Below, piece by piece: positions 45,041-54,902 of a stretch of 64,000 bases of DNA; position 1 is the first letter of the stretch, and every line of letters starts with the position of its first letter. The DNA comes from a bacterium. GTDB lineage: Bacteria; Patescibacteriota; Minisyncoccia; Minisyncoccales; CG1-02-41-26. The stretch covers positions 57,571-121,570 of the forward strand of contig JAGGXV010000022.1 in the NCBI GenBank assembly GCA_021162885.1. The letters run 5' to 3'. Made by a program: the position numbers and the translations under genes. The notes under the pieces were generated by a model. The model searched no databases. It worked only from the letters and a program-made list of their open reading frames with translations, and was not told where the DNA came from.

Positions 45041-46144
45041 TTATAAATAAATCTTTTCAATAAGATATTTTGTTCCAGAAACGTTTAACTTTTGGAAAAA
45101 GAATCGGAATTTCTCTTCCAATTCCTCGCAAATTTTATCAATGTTTTTTTGAGGAATACTCCAGATATCTTTTTTGAAAGCACCTAAAGCTCTTTTTCTA
45201 AATTTGTAAATAAATTGTTCCTCGGAATCGGACGGTTTTTTCTTTTTCCAGAATTTCTCTTTTAACCAAGAATATATTTTCTCTCTCAAATCTTTTGGAA
45301 AATAATCAGAATCGTAAATTATATTTTGAAATTGAGTGGCCAAGTGAATTTCGCAACAGCCGGTTTTTGGAAACCTCTCAAAATATTTTTCAGGAAGTGT
45401 TGAAGCTCCATGCTGGACAGCCCCGGCCATACCATACTTTTTAGCTTCTCTTGATAATTCTGTCAAGGTGTCAAAATCAGCTTCAATCTGTTTAAGATGA
45501 CCCGAAGGAAGAACAATCCCGCCGTGTGAGGTACCGGTTTGAACCGCAACTTTAATTATTCCTTTAACTCCTTTATATTTCGAGATTTCGCTTTGATAAG
45601 TTTTAGCAAACTCTTTGAATTCTTCTGAAGTGGTATTTTTACCCCCTATCTTACTTATTTCCCCGCCAATTGTAATTTCGATTGACTTTGGTTGTAAATT
45701 TCTTATAAAAAAAGTTAAACTTGCTGTTTTTTTAGCATTTTCTTTTAAATTATCAAAAACTGAGCCATCAATATCGATATTAAAAAAACCTGCCTTAATT
45801 GATTCTTTGATTAGATTTTTTAAATTTTTTGAGTTTGCTTTAAAATGATCTCCCTGAAAAAAAAGAGGCCCCTCAAATTTTTCTTTAAGGGCCGCCTCAG
45901 TCACATTTTTAACATATTCTTTTGGAGATTGATCGGTATAATTTATTTCCGATTGAGCAAGTTCTAAAATAAAAGCTCCCGCCTCTTCTTTTTTTGCTGC
46001 TCTAAAAAGGGCTCGAGCAACATCGAAAGTTAAAGTTCTTATATTAAAAGCAGGAACAGTAAATCCTTTGAATTCTCCTTTGGCTATTTTTTCATAAAGT
46101 TTTTGCGTTGAAGTTAAAACCATAGCTTCCAAACAAACTTCCAC
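45041..46144 (-). CDS. class II aldolase family protein (FBA/tagatose-bisphosphate aldolase-like)
   Basis: FNIRTLTFDVARALFRAAKKEEAGAFILELAQSE and VQTGTSHGG / AVQHGASTLP resemble class II FBA motifs; weak. Confidence 0.45.
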   Translation of the reverse strand: MEVCLEAMVLTSTQKLYEKIAKGEFKGFTVPAFNIRTLTFDVARALFRAAKKEEAGAFILELAQSEINYTDQSPKEYVKNVTEAALKEKFEGPLFFQGDHFKANSKNLKNLIKESIKAGFFNIDIDGSVFDNLKENAKKTASLTFFIRNLQPKSIEITIGGEISKIGGKNTTSEEFKEFAKTYQSEISKYKGVKGIIKVAVQTGTSHGGIVLPSGHLKQIEADFDTLTELSREAKKYGMAGAVQHGASTLPEKYFERFPKTGCCEIHLATQFQNIIYDSDYFPKDLREKIYSWLKEKFWKKKKPSDSEEQFIYKFRKRALGAFKKDIWSIPQKNIDKICEELEEKFRFFFQKLNVSGTKYLIEKIYL

Positions 46145-46149
46145 ACCCC

Positions 46150-46182
46150 CCCCCGCAGCGTGCCCGCTGCGGGGGGTCGTGC
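46150..46182. repeat. isolated GC-rich perfect hairpin
   Basis: ccccccgcagcgtgcccgctgcgggggg between gatB stop and next start. Confidence 0.5.
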
Positions 46183-46184
46183 AT

Positions 46185-47753
46185 TTATTTTTGCTTTACT
46201 AATAATTTTTTAAGAAGTTGAAGAATTATTTGTGGATTTGCCTTGCCTTTGGTTTCTTTCATCACTTGACCAACCAAAAATTGCAAAGCGGCTTCTTTTC
46301 CTTTTTTATAATCCTCCACTGGTTTTTTATTTTTATCAATCACTTCTCCAACTATTTTCTCCAACTCTTCTTCATCACTTATTTGTCTTAACCCCTTATC
46401 TTTCACAATCTGGGAAGGGTCTTTGCCAGTGCCAAACATTTCTTTTAATAAAGTTTTGGCAATTTTACTTGAGATTTCGCCAAGATAAATCATACTGACA
46501 AATTCAGCAAAATTTTCAGCAGTAATTAAAAAGTTCTTGTCACTAACAGAAACTCCCTTCAAAAGTCCCTGGAGATCAGTTGTTATATAATTTGAGGCCA
46601 ACTTAACTAATTTTTTAAGTTCTCTATTCTTAACTTTCTCTTTAAATCTCTTTTCTTTAACCCAATTAGTCAATTCTGAAATCACTTTTTCAAAGTATTC
46701 TCCCAAATCTTTCTGAGAAACATAAAGTTCTATTTCTTTATCAGAAAGCCCGTATTCCTTTTCAAACCTCTCTCTCCTCGATTGAGGTAATTCGGGAATT
46801 TCCATTTTAATCTCTTTTAAAAACTCTTTTTTAAGATTTAGAGGTGGCAAGTCAGGCTCTGGAAAATAGCGATAATCATAGGCCTCTTCCTTTTCCCTTT
46901 GAGCCAATGTTATTTCTTTTTTCTCGTCCCAGCCCCTGGTTTCCTGAACAATTTTTTTGCCTTTTTTTAAAATTTCACTCTGTCTTTTAATCTCATATTC
47001 AATTGCCTTCTCTACTGCCCTTAAAGAATTCAAATTTTTTATTTCCACTTTCGTCCCCAATGTTCGCGAATTTGCACGAATTTTATTCGCGGATATTCGC
47101 GAATTTTCATCCGTGGGCATTAGCGAGATATTTACTTCCGCCCTCATCTCCCCTTTCTCCATATTAGCTCCAGAAACACCTAAATATCTTAAAATCAGTT
47201 GCAACTCATGAACAAATGCGCGAGCTTCTGCAGCTGATTCAATATCCGGCTCGGTTACCAACTCCATTAAAGGAATTCCAGCTCTGTTAAAGTCCACTAA
47301 AGAATAATCTTTTCCTTCAGGATGTATTAGTTTTCCAGTATCTTCTTCCAAATGAATGCGTTGAATTCTTATCTTCTTTAATTTTTTATTTTTAATTTTA
47401 TTTTTTGAGATTTGAGATTTGAGATTTGAGATTTCAAGATAGCCCCCTTTGCCCAACGGAGCATTATACTGTGATATTTGATATCCTTTTGGTAGGTCAG
47501 GATAAAAATAATTTTTCCTTTCAAAATGGGTTGCTTTTTGAATCTGACAATTCAAAGCTATCGCAGTCTTTATCGCTTTTCTTACAGCAGTTTTGTTAAT
47601 AACCGGTAATGTTCCTGGATGTGCCACGCAGATTGGACAGATGTTCACATTCGGTTGAGTTTCATCAGGATCATTTTCACAAGAACAAAACATCTTGGAT
47701 TTTGTCCTAAGTTCCACATGTATTTCCAGACCAATTGTTGGCTTATAGTTCAT
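46185..47753 (-). CDS. gatB: aspartyl/glutamyl-tRNA amidotransferase subunit B
   Basis: MNYKPTIGLEIHVELRTKSKMFCSC...; contains two in-frame repeat inserts (GAGATTT array and ATTCGCGAAT family, ENSRISANKIRANSR). Confidence 0.9.
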   Translation of the reverse strand: MNYKPTIGLEIHVELRTKSKMFCSCENDPDETQPNVNICPICVAHPGTLPVINKTAVRKAIKTAIALNCQIQKATHFERKNYFYPDLPKGYQISQYNAPLGKGGYLEISNLKSQISKNKIKNKKLKKIRIQRIHLEEDTGKLIHPEGKDYSLVDFNRAGIPLMELVTEPDIESAAEARAFVHELQLILRYLGVSGANMEKGEMRAEVNISLMPTDENSRISANKIRANSRTLGTKVEIKNLNSLRAVEKAIEYEIKRQSEILKKGKKIVQETRGWDEKKEITLAQREKEEAYDYRYFPEPDLPPLNLKKEFLKEIKMEIPELPQSRRERFEKEYGLSDKEIELYVSQKDLGEYFEKVISELTNWVKEKRFKEKVKNRELKKLVKLASNYITTDLQGLLKGVSVSDKNFLITAENFAEFVSMIYLGEISSKIAKTLLKEMFGTGKDPSQIVKDKGLRQISDEEELEKIVGEVIDKNKKPVEDYKKGKEAALQFLVGQVMKETKGKANPQIILQLLKKLLVKQK

Positions 47754-47887
47754 ACAAAAATGAATGACTAATTAACCTAATCAATATCAATGGCCAATGT
47801 CTAATGACTAAATGACCAAAATTAAATAAAGATTAGACATTTAGGAATTGGGATTTGATTAGAAATTAGCCATTAGAAATTAGGAAT

Positions 47888-48550
47888 TTACTTTTTCTTC
47901 CTCTTGTATTGTTTCATTATCTCAACTCCCAAGCTTGTCCCAATGATGTCAGCTCCCGCTTCAACCATCATTAACAAATCTTTGTAAGTTCTGATCTTTC
48001 CAGAGGCCTTTATTTTCAACCCCGGCGCCCCCTCTCTCATAATTTTTAAATGCTTGGCTTTTTCTTTTAATTCAATATGCTCTAAGGGGTCTTTCTCAGT
48101 AGCTGTTTTCACACAAAAAGCACCAGCTTTCTTAACTATTTCTGAGGCCTTTTTGATCTCTTCATCAGTTAAATATCCCGAACCAATAATTACTTTAGTG
48201 GGTAAAATTTTGCAGATTTCCTTCAAATCCTTTAAGATATCGTCGTATCTTCCATATTTCATATCAATAATATTCATTACAATATCCAATTCATCTGCTC
48301 CATCTTTTTTGGCTTTTTTGCACATTTCCACTCTTTTTGAATGAGAACTTAACCCCATTGGTGGATCAATTAGAACAACCGTTTTAACACCCGCGCTCTT
48401 CAACTCATTATGAACCAACCTAACCCATTCTGGATTGCAACAAACTCCCCGAAATTTATATTTTTTAGCCTCTTGACAGGTTTTTTTAATATCTTTCTCT
48501 CTCGCTTTTGGGTCTATATTTGTATGGTCAATAATTTTTGCTGGATTCAT
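47888..48550 (-). CDS. deoC: deoxyribose-phosphate aldolase
   Basis: Schiff-base lysine region FCVKTATE and ...KIKASGKIRT...GADIIGTSLG. Confidence 0.7.
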   Translation of the reverse strand: MNPAKIIDHTNIDPKAREKDIKKTCQEAKKYKFRGVCCNPEWVRLVHNELKSAGVKTVVLIDPPMGLSSHSKRVEMCKKAKKDGADELDIVMNIIDMKYGRYDDILKDLKEICKILPTKVIIGSGYLTDEEIKKASEIVKKAGAFCVKTATEKDPLEHIELKEKAKHLKIMREGAPGLKIKASGKIRTYKDLLMMVEAGADIIGTSLGVEIMKQYKRKKK

Positions 48551-48593
48551 AACTTCGCTAATTTGCCAAAATTTGACTCGCGAATATTCGCAA

Positions 48594-49307
48594 CTAACTT
48601 ATTCGTGAAATTCGTGGTAAATTAGTGGATATTCGCGATTTAATGTCTTTAAAAACTTCTTTAATAGACCTTTCTCCATTTATCGTATATACATTTTCAA
48701 ACCGAGAAGGTAAAATTTTGTAAATTTGCCAAACTTTTTTAAGTTTTTCTTTCACCTCAAAAAGGGTTCTATCCGTCCCCCTTTTTTGAATCCTCTTTAA
48801 ACAAACTTCGGGAGAAACCACTAAAATAAAAGTTAAATCAGGCAGTAAAAACTCATCATTTATTTTAATCAACCAATTTAAATCTAATCCTTCTGCTGTT
48901 CCATAAGCAAAGCTTGAAAAGAAATAACGGTCAGAGACAACAATTTTATTTCTTTTTAAAGCTGGAATTATTACATTTTTCTGGTGCCAATCTCTATCTT
49001 TAGCAAATAACTCTTGAAGTTCTTGTGAAGAAATTTTTTCTTTTTTAGTTAAGATTTTCTCGATTTTCTTTCCTGCTTTCGAATCTTTTGTCGGTTCTTT
49101 TGTTTTTAAAACCTGATATCCTTTCTTTTTTAAAAATCCGGTTAAAAGTTCAACCTGAGTTGACTGCCCCGACCCATCCAGTCCCTCAAAAACAACAAAC
49201 CTCGCACTTTTTACCCGACGCAAAATAGGCTTACCATCCAATGAAATAAACCATGTTTTTTGAAAAAGGTACGGGGTAAGTTTTCTCAGGTAAGAGTTTT
49301 TAATCAT
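48594..49307 (-). CDS. tmk: thymidylate kinase
   Basis: FVVFEGLDGSGQSTQ P-loop. C-terminal tail ...NLPRISRIS is encoded by ATTCGCGAAT-family repeats; N-terminal 34 aa may be an extension. Confidence 0.8.
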   Translation of the reverse strand: MIKNSYLRKLTPYLFQKTWFISLDGKPILRRVKSARFVVFEGLDGSGQSTQVELLTGFLKKKGYQVLKTKEPTKDSKAGKKIEKILTKKEKISSQELQELFAKDRDWHQKNVIIPALKRNKIVVSDRYFFSSFAYGTAEGLDLNWLIKINDEFLLPDLTFILVVSPEVCLKRIQKRGTDRTLFEVKEKLKKVWQIYKILPSRFENVYTINGERSIKEVFKDIKSRISTNLPRISRIS

Positions 49308-49316
49308 ATTTTAAAT

Positions 49317-50162
49317 TTATTTCTCTTTTTTTTGAATTTTCTGAGCAAAATAAACATTTCTTAAAAGCAAACTAACTGTTAAGGGACCCAAACCACCGGG
49401 CACCGGAGTCAAAAATGATGCCTTTTCTTTTACGCTTTCTCTGGCAACATCGCCAACTAATTTGCCCTTTTTCGTTAAAGTTATCCCGCCATCAATCAAA
49501 ATAGCTCCTTTCTTTATCATTTTACCTTCTATTAAATTAGGTTGACCACAAGCAACAATAATTACATCAGCTAATTTTAACTTCTTTTCAATTTCAGAAA
49601 GAGAATAATTTTTCTTTATCAAATAGTTTATTTTTATTTTTTTTCTTTCTAAAAAATTCTTTAGCGTCTGGCCAAAAATTCCAGAGTTAACCAAAGCTAA
49701 TATTCTCTTTTTCTGATAGGATTTTTTAGCCCCTCGCAAAGCAAACAAAATAGCCGATGGCAAAACTGGAAAAAAATATGGCTTCCCCTTTTTCAATGAC
49801 TTGACTGAAAGAAAACCATCAACATCTTTTTTGGGATTAATCTTTCCAATAATTTTATCAGTATCAAAACCTTCTGGCAAAGGTAACTGGACGAGAATTC
49901 CATTAACCGAAGGGTCGAGATTCAGTTTTTCTATTTTTTCAATAATTTTTTTCTGAGATACGCTTCTTTTATACTTAAATAACTTCACTTTTATCCCAAC
50001 AATTTTAGCCGCTTCTTTCTTTTTTCTGATAAAAAGTTTTGAGGCCTTGTTTTCTCCAACCAAGATAACCGCTAACCTGGGAACAATTTTTTCTTTTTTG
50101 ATTTTCTTTTTTAAATCAAAAATTATTCTTTCGGCTTCCTTTTTACCATTGAAAGTCCTCAT
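49317..50162 (-). CDS. folD: bifunctional methylenetetrahydrofolate dehydrogenase/cyclohydrolase
   Basis: ...GGITLTKKGKLVGDV...PVPGGLGPLTVSLLLRNV. Confidence 0.85.
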   Translation of the reverse strand: MRTFNGKKEAERIIFDLKKKIKKEKIVPRLAVILVGENKASKLFIRKKKEAAKIVGIKVKLFKYKRSVSQKKIIEKIEKLNLDPSVNGILVQLPLPEGFDTDKIIGKINPKKDVDGFLSVKSLKKGKPYFFPVLPSAILFALRGAKKSYQKKRILALVNSGIFGQTLKNFLERKKIKINYLIKKNYSLSEIEKKLKLADVIIVACGQPNLIEGKMIKKGAILIDGGITLTKKGKLVGDVARESVKEKASFLTPVPGGLGPLTVSLLLRNVYFAQKIQKKEK

Positions 50163-51435
50163 AAATAGGGAATTTTTTTGTTAATTTTTTAACTTCCTCA
50201 GCCACTTCTTTTTTTACTTTCTGATTGTCAATATTTTCTATCACTTCTAAAATCAATCTAACTACCTTTCTCGCTTCTTTCTCCCGAAATCCTCTGGTAG
50301 TGATGGCTGGCGAACCCAATCTGATACCCGAAGGATTGTAAGGAGGCCCTTTGTCAAAAGGGATGGCGTTTCGATTAACAAAAATGCCAACTTTATCTAA
50401 TTCGTCTTGAATTATTTTTGAGCCAATTCCAAAAGGAGAAATATCTATAACCATTAAATGATTGTCAGTTCCTCCGCTGATTACCCGAATTCCTCTTTTT
50501 TTAAATTCTTCAGCCATAACTCGGCTATTGCGGATAATCTGTGCTTGATACTTCTTAAAAGCCGGTTTCATCGCTTCAAGAAAGCAAACTGCTTTACTAG
50601 CAATAACATGGTCTTGAGGTCCACCTTGAATTCCGGGGAATACTGCTCTGTCAATCTTTTCTGCTAAATTTAATTTTCCTTTTTTATCTAATCTATCCTC
50701 AATTTTTGATAAAATCAATCCACCTCGAGGACCTCGTAAAGTTTTATGAGTGGTAGTGGTAACAACATCACACCACGGAAAAGGATGAGGATGCAATCCA
50801 GCGATAACTAAACCAGCGATATGAGCAATATCAGCCATCAAATAAGCTCCGACTTCGTCGGCAATCCGGCGAAATTTTCTAAAATTAAGTTTTCTTGAAT
50901 AACTGGTCGTGCTGGTGATAATTAATTTTGGCTTGAATTTCCGGACTTTTCTTCTGACCTCTTCAAAATCAATTCTTTCCGTTTTAGGGCTTACTCCATA
51001 ATGCCAGAATTTATAGAATTTAGTAGAGAAATTAACTGGCGAGCCGTGAGTTAAATGACCGCCGGCTTTCAAATCAATTCCTAAAACTCTATCGCCTGGC
51101 CTCAAAAGAGCCAAATAGCAGGCAGCATTTGCTTGAGAGCCAGAATGAGGCTGAACATTGGCATGTTCAGCTCGGAAAATTTTTTTTGCTCTTTCAATCG
51201 CTATTTCTTCAATTTGGTCAATAAACTTATTTCCGCTGTAGTATCTTTTTTGAGGATAACCCTCAGAATACTTATTACTTAAAGGAGTTCCCATTGCTTT
51301 CAAAACAGCCGGACTAGCATAATTCTCTGAGGGAATCAAAACTAAACCATTTCGCTGGCGAGCGATTTCTTTTTTAATTAAAGCGTAAATTTTAGGGTCA
51401 GTTCTTGATAATTGCATTATAGTCAATTCTAACAA
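50143..51435 (-). CDS. glyA: serine hydroxymethyltransferase
   Basis: PLP site TTTTHKTLRGPRGGLI. Confidence 0.9.
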   Translation of the reverse strand: MLELTIMQLSRTDPKIYALIKKEIARQRNGLVLIPSENYASPAVLKAMGTPLSNKYSEGYPQKRYYSGNKFIDQIEEIAIERAKKIFRAEHANVQPHSGSQANAACYLALLRPGDRVLGIDLKAGGHLTHGSPVNFSTKFYKFWHYGVSPKTERIDFEEVRRKVRKFKPKLIITSTTSYSRKLNFRKFRRIADEVGAYLMADIAHIAGLVIAGLHPHPFPWCDVVTTTTHKTLRGPRGGLILSKIEDRLDKKGKLNLAEKIDRAVFPGIQGGPQDHVIASKAVCFLEAMKPAFKKYQAQIIRNSRVMAEEFKKRGIRVISGGTDNHLMVIDISPFGIGSKIIQDELDKVGIFVNRNAIPFDKGPPYNPSGIRLGSPAITTRGFREKEARKVVRLILEVIENIDNQKVKKEVAEEVKKLTKKFPIYEDFQW

Positions 51436-51483
51436 ATTTTTAGTGCCGAGGACTTTTGAAAGCTCTTATTTTTTAACTTAAAA

Positions 51484-52821
51484 TTACTGTCTATTTTTCT
51501 TTCGGTAGTAACCACAATCTCTGATTTCTGGACATTTCCCATAAGTTATGCATTGGGGTTCGGCCCAATCTTGGAACGCCGGAATCGCTTTCTTGATGTC
51601 TTTGGCAATTTTTTTAGCAATAAAGCGAATTTCCCATTGGGCCTTCGTGCAGGTTCGCTTGCCAATACTGTGGATGGCGTTCCAACCGTTAATGTGCACC
51701 CAATCGTAAATTTTCAAACAATGAGGTAAAACTCCAACTGCTTCTGATTTCGCAATCCCCTGTTTTGTTAATTCTTTGTAAAGATTCAACAGCGAAAAGT
51801 AAAGTTTTTTATATTCTGAAGCGAAGGCGGAGTTTTTTATAGAAGGAGGGATAATCATCCTTTCTTCAGGGTGAGAGATGGCGTCTTGGGCCGCCTCATA
51901 AATTGATTCTACACTTTGGTTCCAAGTTCTCTGCCTGGTGGCTTGATGAAAACAGACAAGAGACATTGGCACCAAAAACTCAAAATGAAGATGTTTCAGA
52001 TTGGCCAGTTCCGCTTCATCTCTACCTCTCACTGCCTGCTTTAGGGTTTTCGGAGTAATTTTAAAAGGTGACATCCAACCCAAAAGCCGGGGCATTGTTG
52101 GATCTTTCTGAGATGAATTGATTAGATTTTTTAAGGTCGGGTTTTCCAAAGCGAAAAGTTGGGAAGAAGGATACCAAGAAAGAACTTCGTAGTTAAAGCC
52201 GTAATCTTCAAAAAGATAGGGAGCCACATTTGAGGCCTGATTAATCATTTCATCAACGACCTCGGTTGAAACCCTGGGAACGCCCGGACGATGAGCCATA
52301 GAAGAAATGTGACATAACTCCCGAGCATTGCCGGTGGTTGTAATGTTGGTCTTAGCGTAAAGCGGAAGGACGAACCTGGCATCTTCAGCCGGGATGCCAC
52401 CTCCACAGCCCTTTTCGTATAAATCAAAAGTTCGGCTAAGCAATTTCCTTGCTTTATTGGCCAAGGCCGAGTTCTTTACCGCTTCAGGCAAATAAAACCC
52501 TCGGCTTGCTTTGGCTCGTCTAAATGATTGCTGAAGGTGCTCCAGATATTCGGCTGAACAGAGGAAAAGAGTAGTTATTCTGGGAACATTTTCTATATTG
52601 AAAGTAAAGTGAACCTGATCTCCTACAGAACCATGACCCCGGCCGAAACTATTTTTGAGCATGACTCTCTCTTTCTTAAGCCGTTCTTCTTTTGGCAATT
52701 TCAAAAGCTCATCCAATATCTGGGAAGCAGATTTCTCATCAAAACATCCCAGAGCCGCCGCCACCGCCAGAGTTTGGGCCTGAGAGGGATTGCCTATGAG
52801 TTTAACCTTAAATTCTCCCAT
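51484..52821 (-). CDS. thyX: ThyX-like FAD-dependent thymidylate synthase, tandem-duplicated Thy1 domains (445 aa)
   Basis: GRGHGSVGDQVHFTFNIENVPRITTLF... (Thy1 fold). Canonical RHR..S motif replaced by CSAEYLEHLQQSFRR. Sits in the dTMP cluster. Confidence 0.65.
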   Translation of the reverse strand: MGEFKVKLIGNPSQAQTLAVAAALGCFDEKSASQILDELLKLPKEERLKKERVMLKNSFGRGHGSVGDQVHFTFNIENVPRITTLFLCSAEYLEHLQQSFRRAKASRGFYLPEAVKNSALANKARKLLSRTFDLYEKGCGGGIPAEDARFVLPLYAKTNITTTGNARELCHISSMAHRPGVPRVSTEVVDEMINQASNVAPYLFEDYGFNYEVLSWYPSSQLFALENPTLKNLINSSQKDPTMPRLLGWMSPFKITPKTLKQAVRGRDEAELANLKHLHFEFLVPMSLVCFHQATRQRTWNQSVESIYEAAQDAISHPEERMIIPPSIKNSAFASEYKKLYFSLLNLYKELTKQGIAKSEAVGVLPHCLKIYDWVHINGWNAIHSIGKRTCTKAQWEIRFIAKKIAKDIKKAIPAFQDWAEPQCITYGKCPEIRDCGYYRKKNRQ

Positions 52822-52906
52822 AAATTTTCCATCACTTTTTCAATCTCTTTGTAAAAGATAGCAAAAGCCCAATACAATAAGCTCATTGCCATCCTCTTTC
52901 GAAGGA

Positions 52907-53446
52907 TTATAAAAGGCCATCTTTTAAACCTTCTTTTATATTTAAATCCGTTCCATATTGGAATCTGTCGTCTAAAACATCTTTTTCCTGCCAATCTTTG
53001 ACCCAATCTTTGATGTAGAAAATTTTATACTTTCCGTCCCGGGTTGCGGAAATTACCCGATTTAATCCGGCATTAATGATCATTTTTTTGCAAATAAAAC
53101 AGGGGAAAGAGTCAATCACTTTCCCCTCTCTGTCGGTTTCCCAAATATACATATCGCCTCCCAAAACTGAACTTCCGCTTCTGGCTGCGTTAATTATACA
53201 ATTCATTTCAGCATGCACAGACCGGCAAATTTCATAATGCCTGCCGTGAGGAATTTTTAATTTATCTCGCAAACATTCCCTTCTTTCTAAACAATCCTTC
53301 GTCTTTCGTGGAGCACCAATATAGCCAGTAGCAACTATAACATCATCTTTAACGATGAGCGCCCCTCCTTTATTTCTAAAACAAGTTGCCCTCTTACCAA
53401 CTTCTCTGGCGAGATTTAGATAGTATTCTTCTTTTGAAGGTCTCAT
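52907..53446 (-). CDS. dCMP deaminase (ComEB-like cytidine/deoxycytidylate deaminase)
   Basis: HAEMNCIINAARSG...PCFICKKMIINAGL zinc motifs. Confidence 0.75.
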   Translation of the reverse strand: MRPSKEEYYLNLAREVGKRATCFRNKGGALIVKDDVIVATGYIGAPRKTKDCLERRECLRDKLKIPHGRHYEICRSVHAEMNCIINAARSGSSVLGGDMYIWETDREGKVIDSFPCFICKKMIINAGLNRVISATRDGKYKIFYIKDWVKDWQEKDVLDDRFQYGTDLNIKEGLKDGLL

Positions 53447-53470
53447 AAATTTGATACTCTTATATAGGAA

Positions 53471-53893
53471 TTACTCAACCGTAATTCCCATGTTCTTGGC
53501 TGTACCCTCAATAATTTTCATCGCTTTCTCGATGTCATTAGTGTTTAAATCGGGCAATTTCTTTTTAGCGATCTCTCGCAATTGAGCTCTGTTGATTTTG
53601 CCAACTTTCTTCCGATTGGGTTCGCCAGAACCTTTCTCAATTCCGGCTGCTTTTTTTAGAAGTTCGGAAGTTAAGGGGGTTTTTAATTTAAAACTGAAGG
53701 TTCTATCTTCAAAAATGGTCACTTCAACAGGAAGGGTAAAACCTTCCTGGCCTTTGCTTGCCTCGTTAAACTTTTGGCAAAAATCTCCGATATTAATGCC
53801 ATGTTGAGCCAAAGCTGGCCCGATAGGTGGAGCCGGAGTTGCTTTACCAGCTGGAATATGTAGTTTTACAATAGCTTGTATTTTTTTTGTCAT
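53471..53893 (-). CDS. rplK: 50S ribosomal protein L11
   Basis: [35 protein letters not shown]... Confidence 0.9.
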   Translation of the reverse strand: MTKKIQAIVKLHIPAGKATPAPPIGPALAQHGINIGDFCQKFNEASKGQEGFTLPVEVTIFEDRTFSFKLKTPLTSELLKKAAGIEKGSGEPNRKKVGKINRAQLREIAKKKLPDLNTNDIEKAMKIIEGTAKNMGITVE

Positions 53894-53915
53894 AATTTAA
53901 GCACCACTTAACTGC

Positions 53916-54461
53916 TCATAATTTTTTAATCTGTAATGAGTCCACTTCAACCGGAGTGTCCCTGCCAAAAATATTTATCAGAACTTTAATTTTTCCCCTC
54001 TCTTCATCAATCTCTGAAACCTTTCCCTCAAAATCTTTAAAAGACCCATCGGTAATCCTGACTAAACTCCCGGGAGTGACATCAATTTTATATTGAGGAG
54101 CCTCAACTCCCATTCTTTTTTTCAGAATTTCAATCTCTTTTGGCGAAACCGGAATAGGAGTGGTTCCTGCCCCAATAAAGCCGGTTACTCGGGGGGTGTT
54201 ACGAACCACATACCAAGAGTCGTCAGTAACTATCATCTCTACTAAAACATATCCGGGATAAATTCTCTCCTCAATTACTTTCCTTTTACCATCTTTAATT
54301 TTAATCTTTTTTTCTTTTGGAACTAAAACATTAAAAATTTTGTCTTCCATGCCCAAACTCTCAATGCGGTGTTTTAAATTTCGAGCCACCGCATCTTCTT
54401 CTCCCGGATAGGTATGTAAAACATACCAGTTTCTTCCTTGTTTTATTTTTTGCCTTGGCAT
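53916..54461 (-). CDS. nusG: transcription termination/antitermination factor NusG
   Basis: NWYVLHTYPGEEDAVARNL... NGN domain; KOW GSLVRITDGSFKDFEGKV. Start at MPRQK (about 54461); track extension runs into GC-rich sequence. Confidence 0.85.
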   Translation of the reverse strand: MPRQKIKQGRNWYVLHTYPGEEDAVARNLKHRIESLGMEDKIFNVLVPKEKKIKIKDGKRKVIEERIYPGYVLVEMIVTDDSWYVVRNTPRVTGFIGAGTTPIPVSPKEIEILKKRMGVEAPQYKIDVTPGSLVRITDGSFKDFEGKVSEIDEERGKIKVLINIFGRDTPVEVDSLQIKKL

Positions 54462-54567
54462 ATTTCTTCCCCCTCGCTCCCCTTCGCTTTGCTCAGGGTC
54501 GCTCGGCTCAGTCAAAATAAAATATTTCTGCGTTTTTTGTTTGTGTTTTTATTTTTAGTTTTTTATT

Positions 54568-54762
54568 TTAAAAAATGAATTTTCCTAAAATTTTCAAAAA
54601 AATAAAATCTAAAATTCCCAAAAAAGCTGCCACTGCCACTGAAATACCAATAACAATCAAAGTGTAACGAAAGGTCTCCTGTCTTGTGGGCCAGTCAATT
54701 TTTTTGGCTTCTTGCCAAACTTCTTTAAAGAAAGTTTTAATTTTCTCAACAATTTTTTTCAT
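54568..54762 (-). CDS. secE: preprotein translocase subunit SecE
   Basis: 64 aa; WPTRQETFRYTLIVIGISVAVAAFLGILDFIF. Confidence 0.7.
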   Translation of the reverse strand: MKKIVEKIKTFFKEVWQEAKKIDWPTRQETFRYTLIVIGISVAVAAFLGILDFIFLKILGKFIF

Positions 54763-54902
54763 TTGTTTTAAAAAAGCCCTCTGGGGCTCTGATCTAATAA
54801 TAAACCCCTACTTGAACTTTGTCAAGATCGATTTTAGAAAGGTAAAGAAGATTTAGAAATTAAAAATTTAGGATTTCGAAATTCCTTTTACAAAGCGAAA
54901 GG

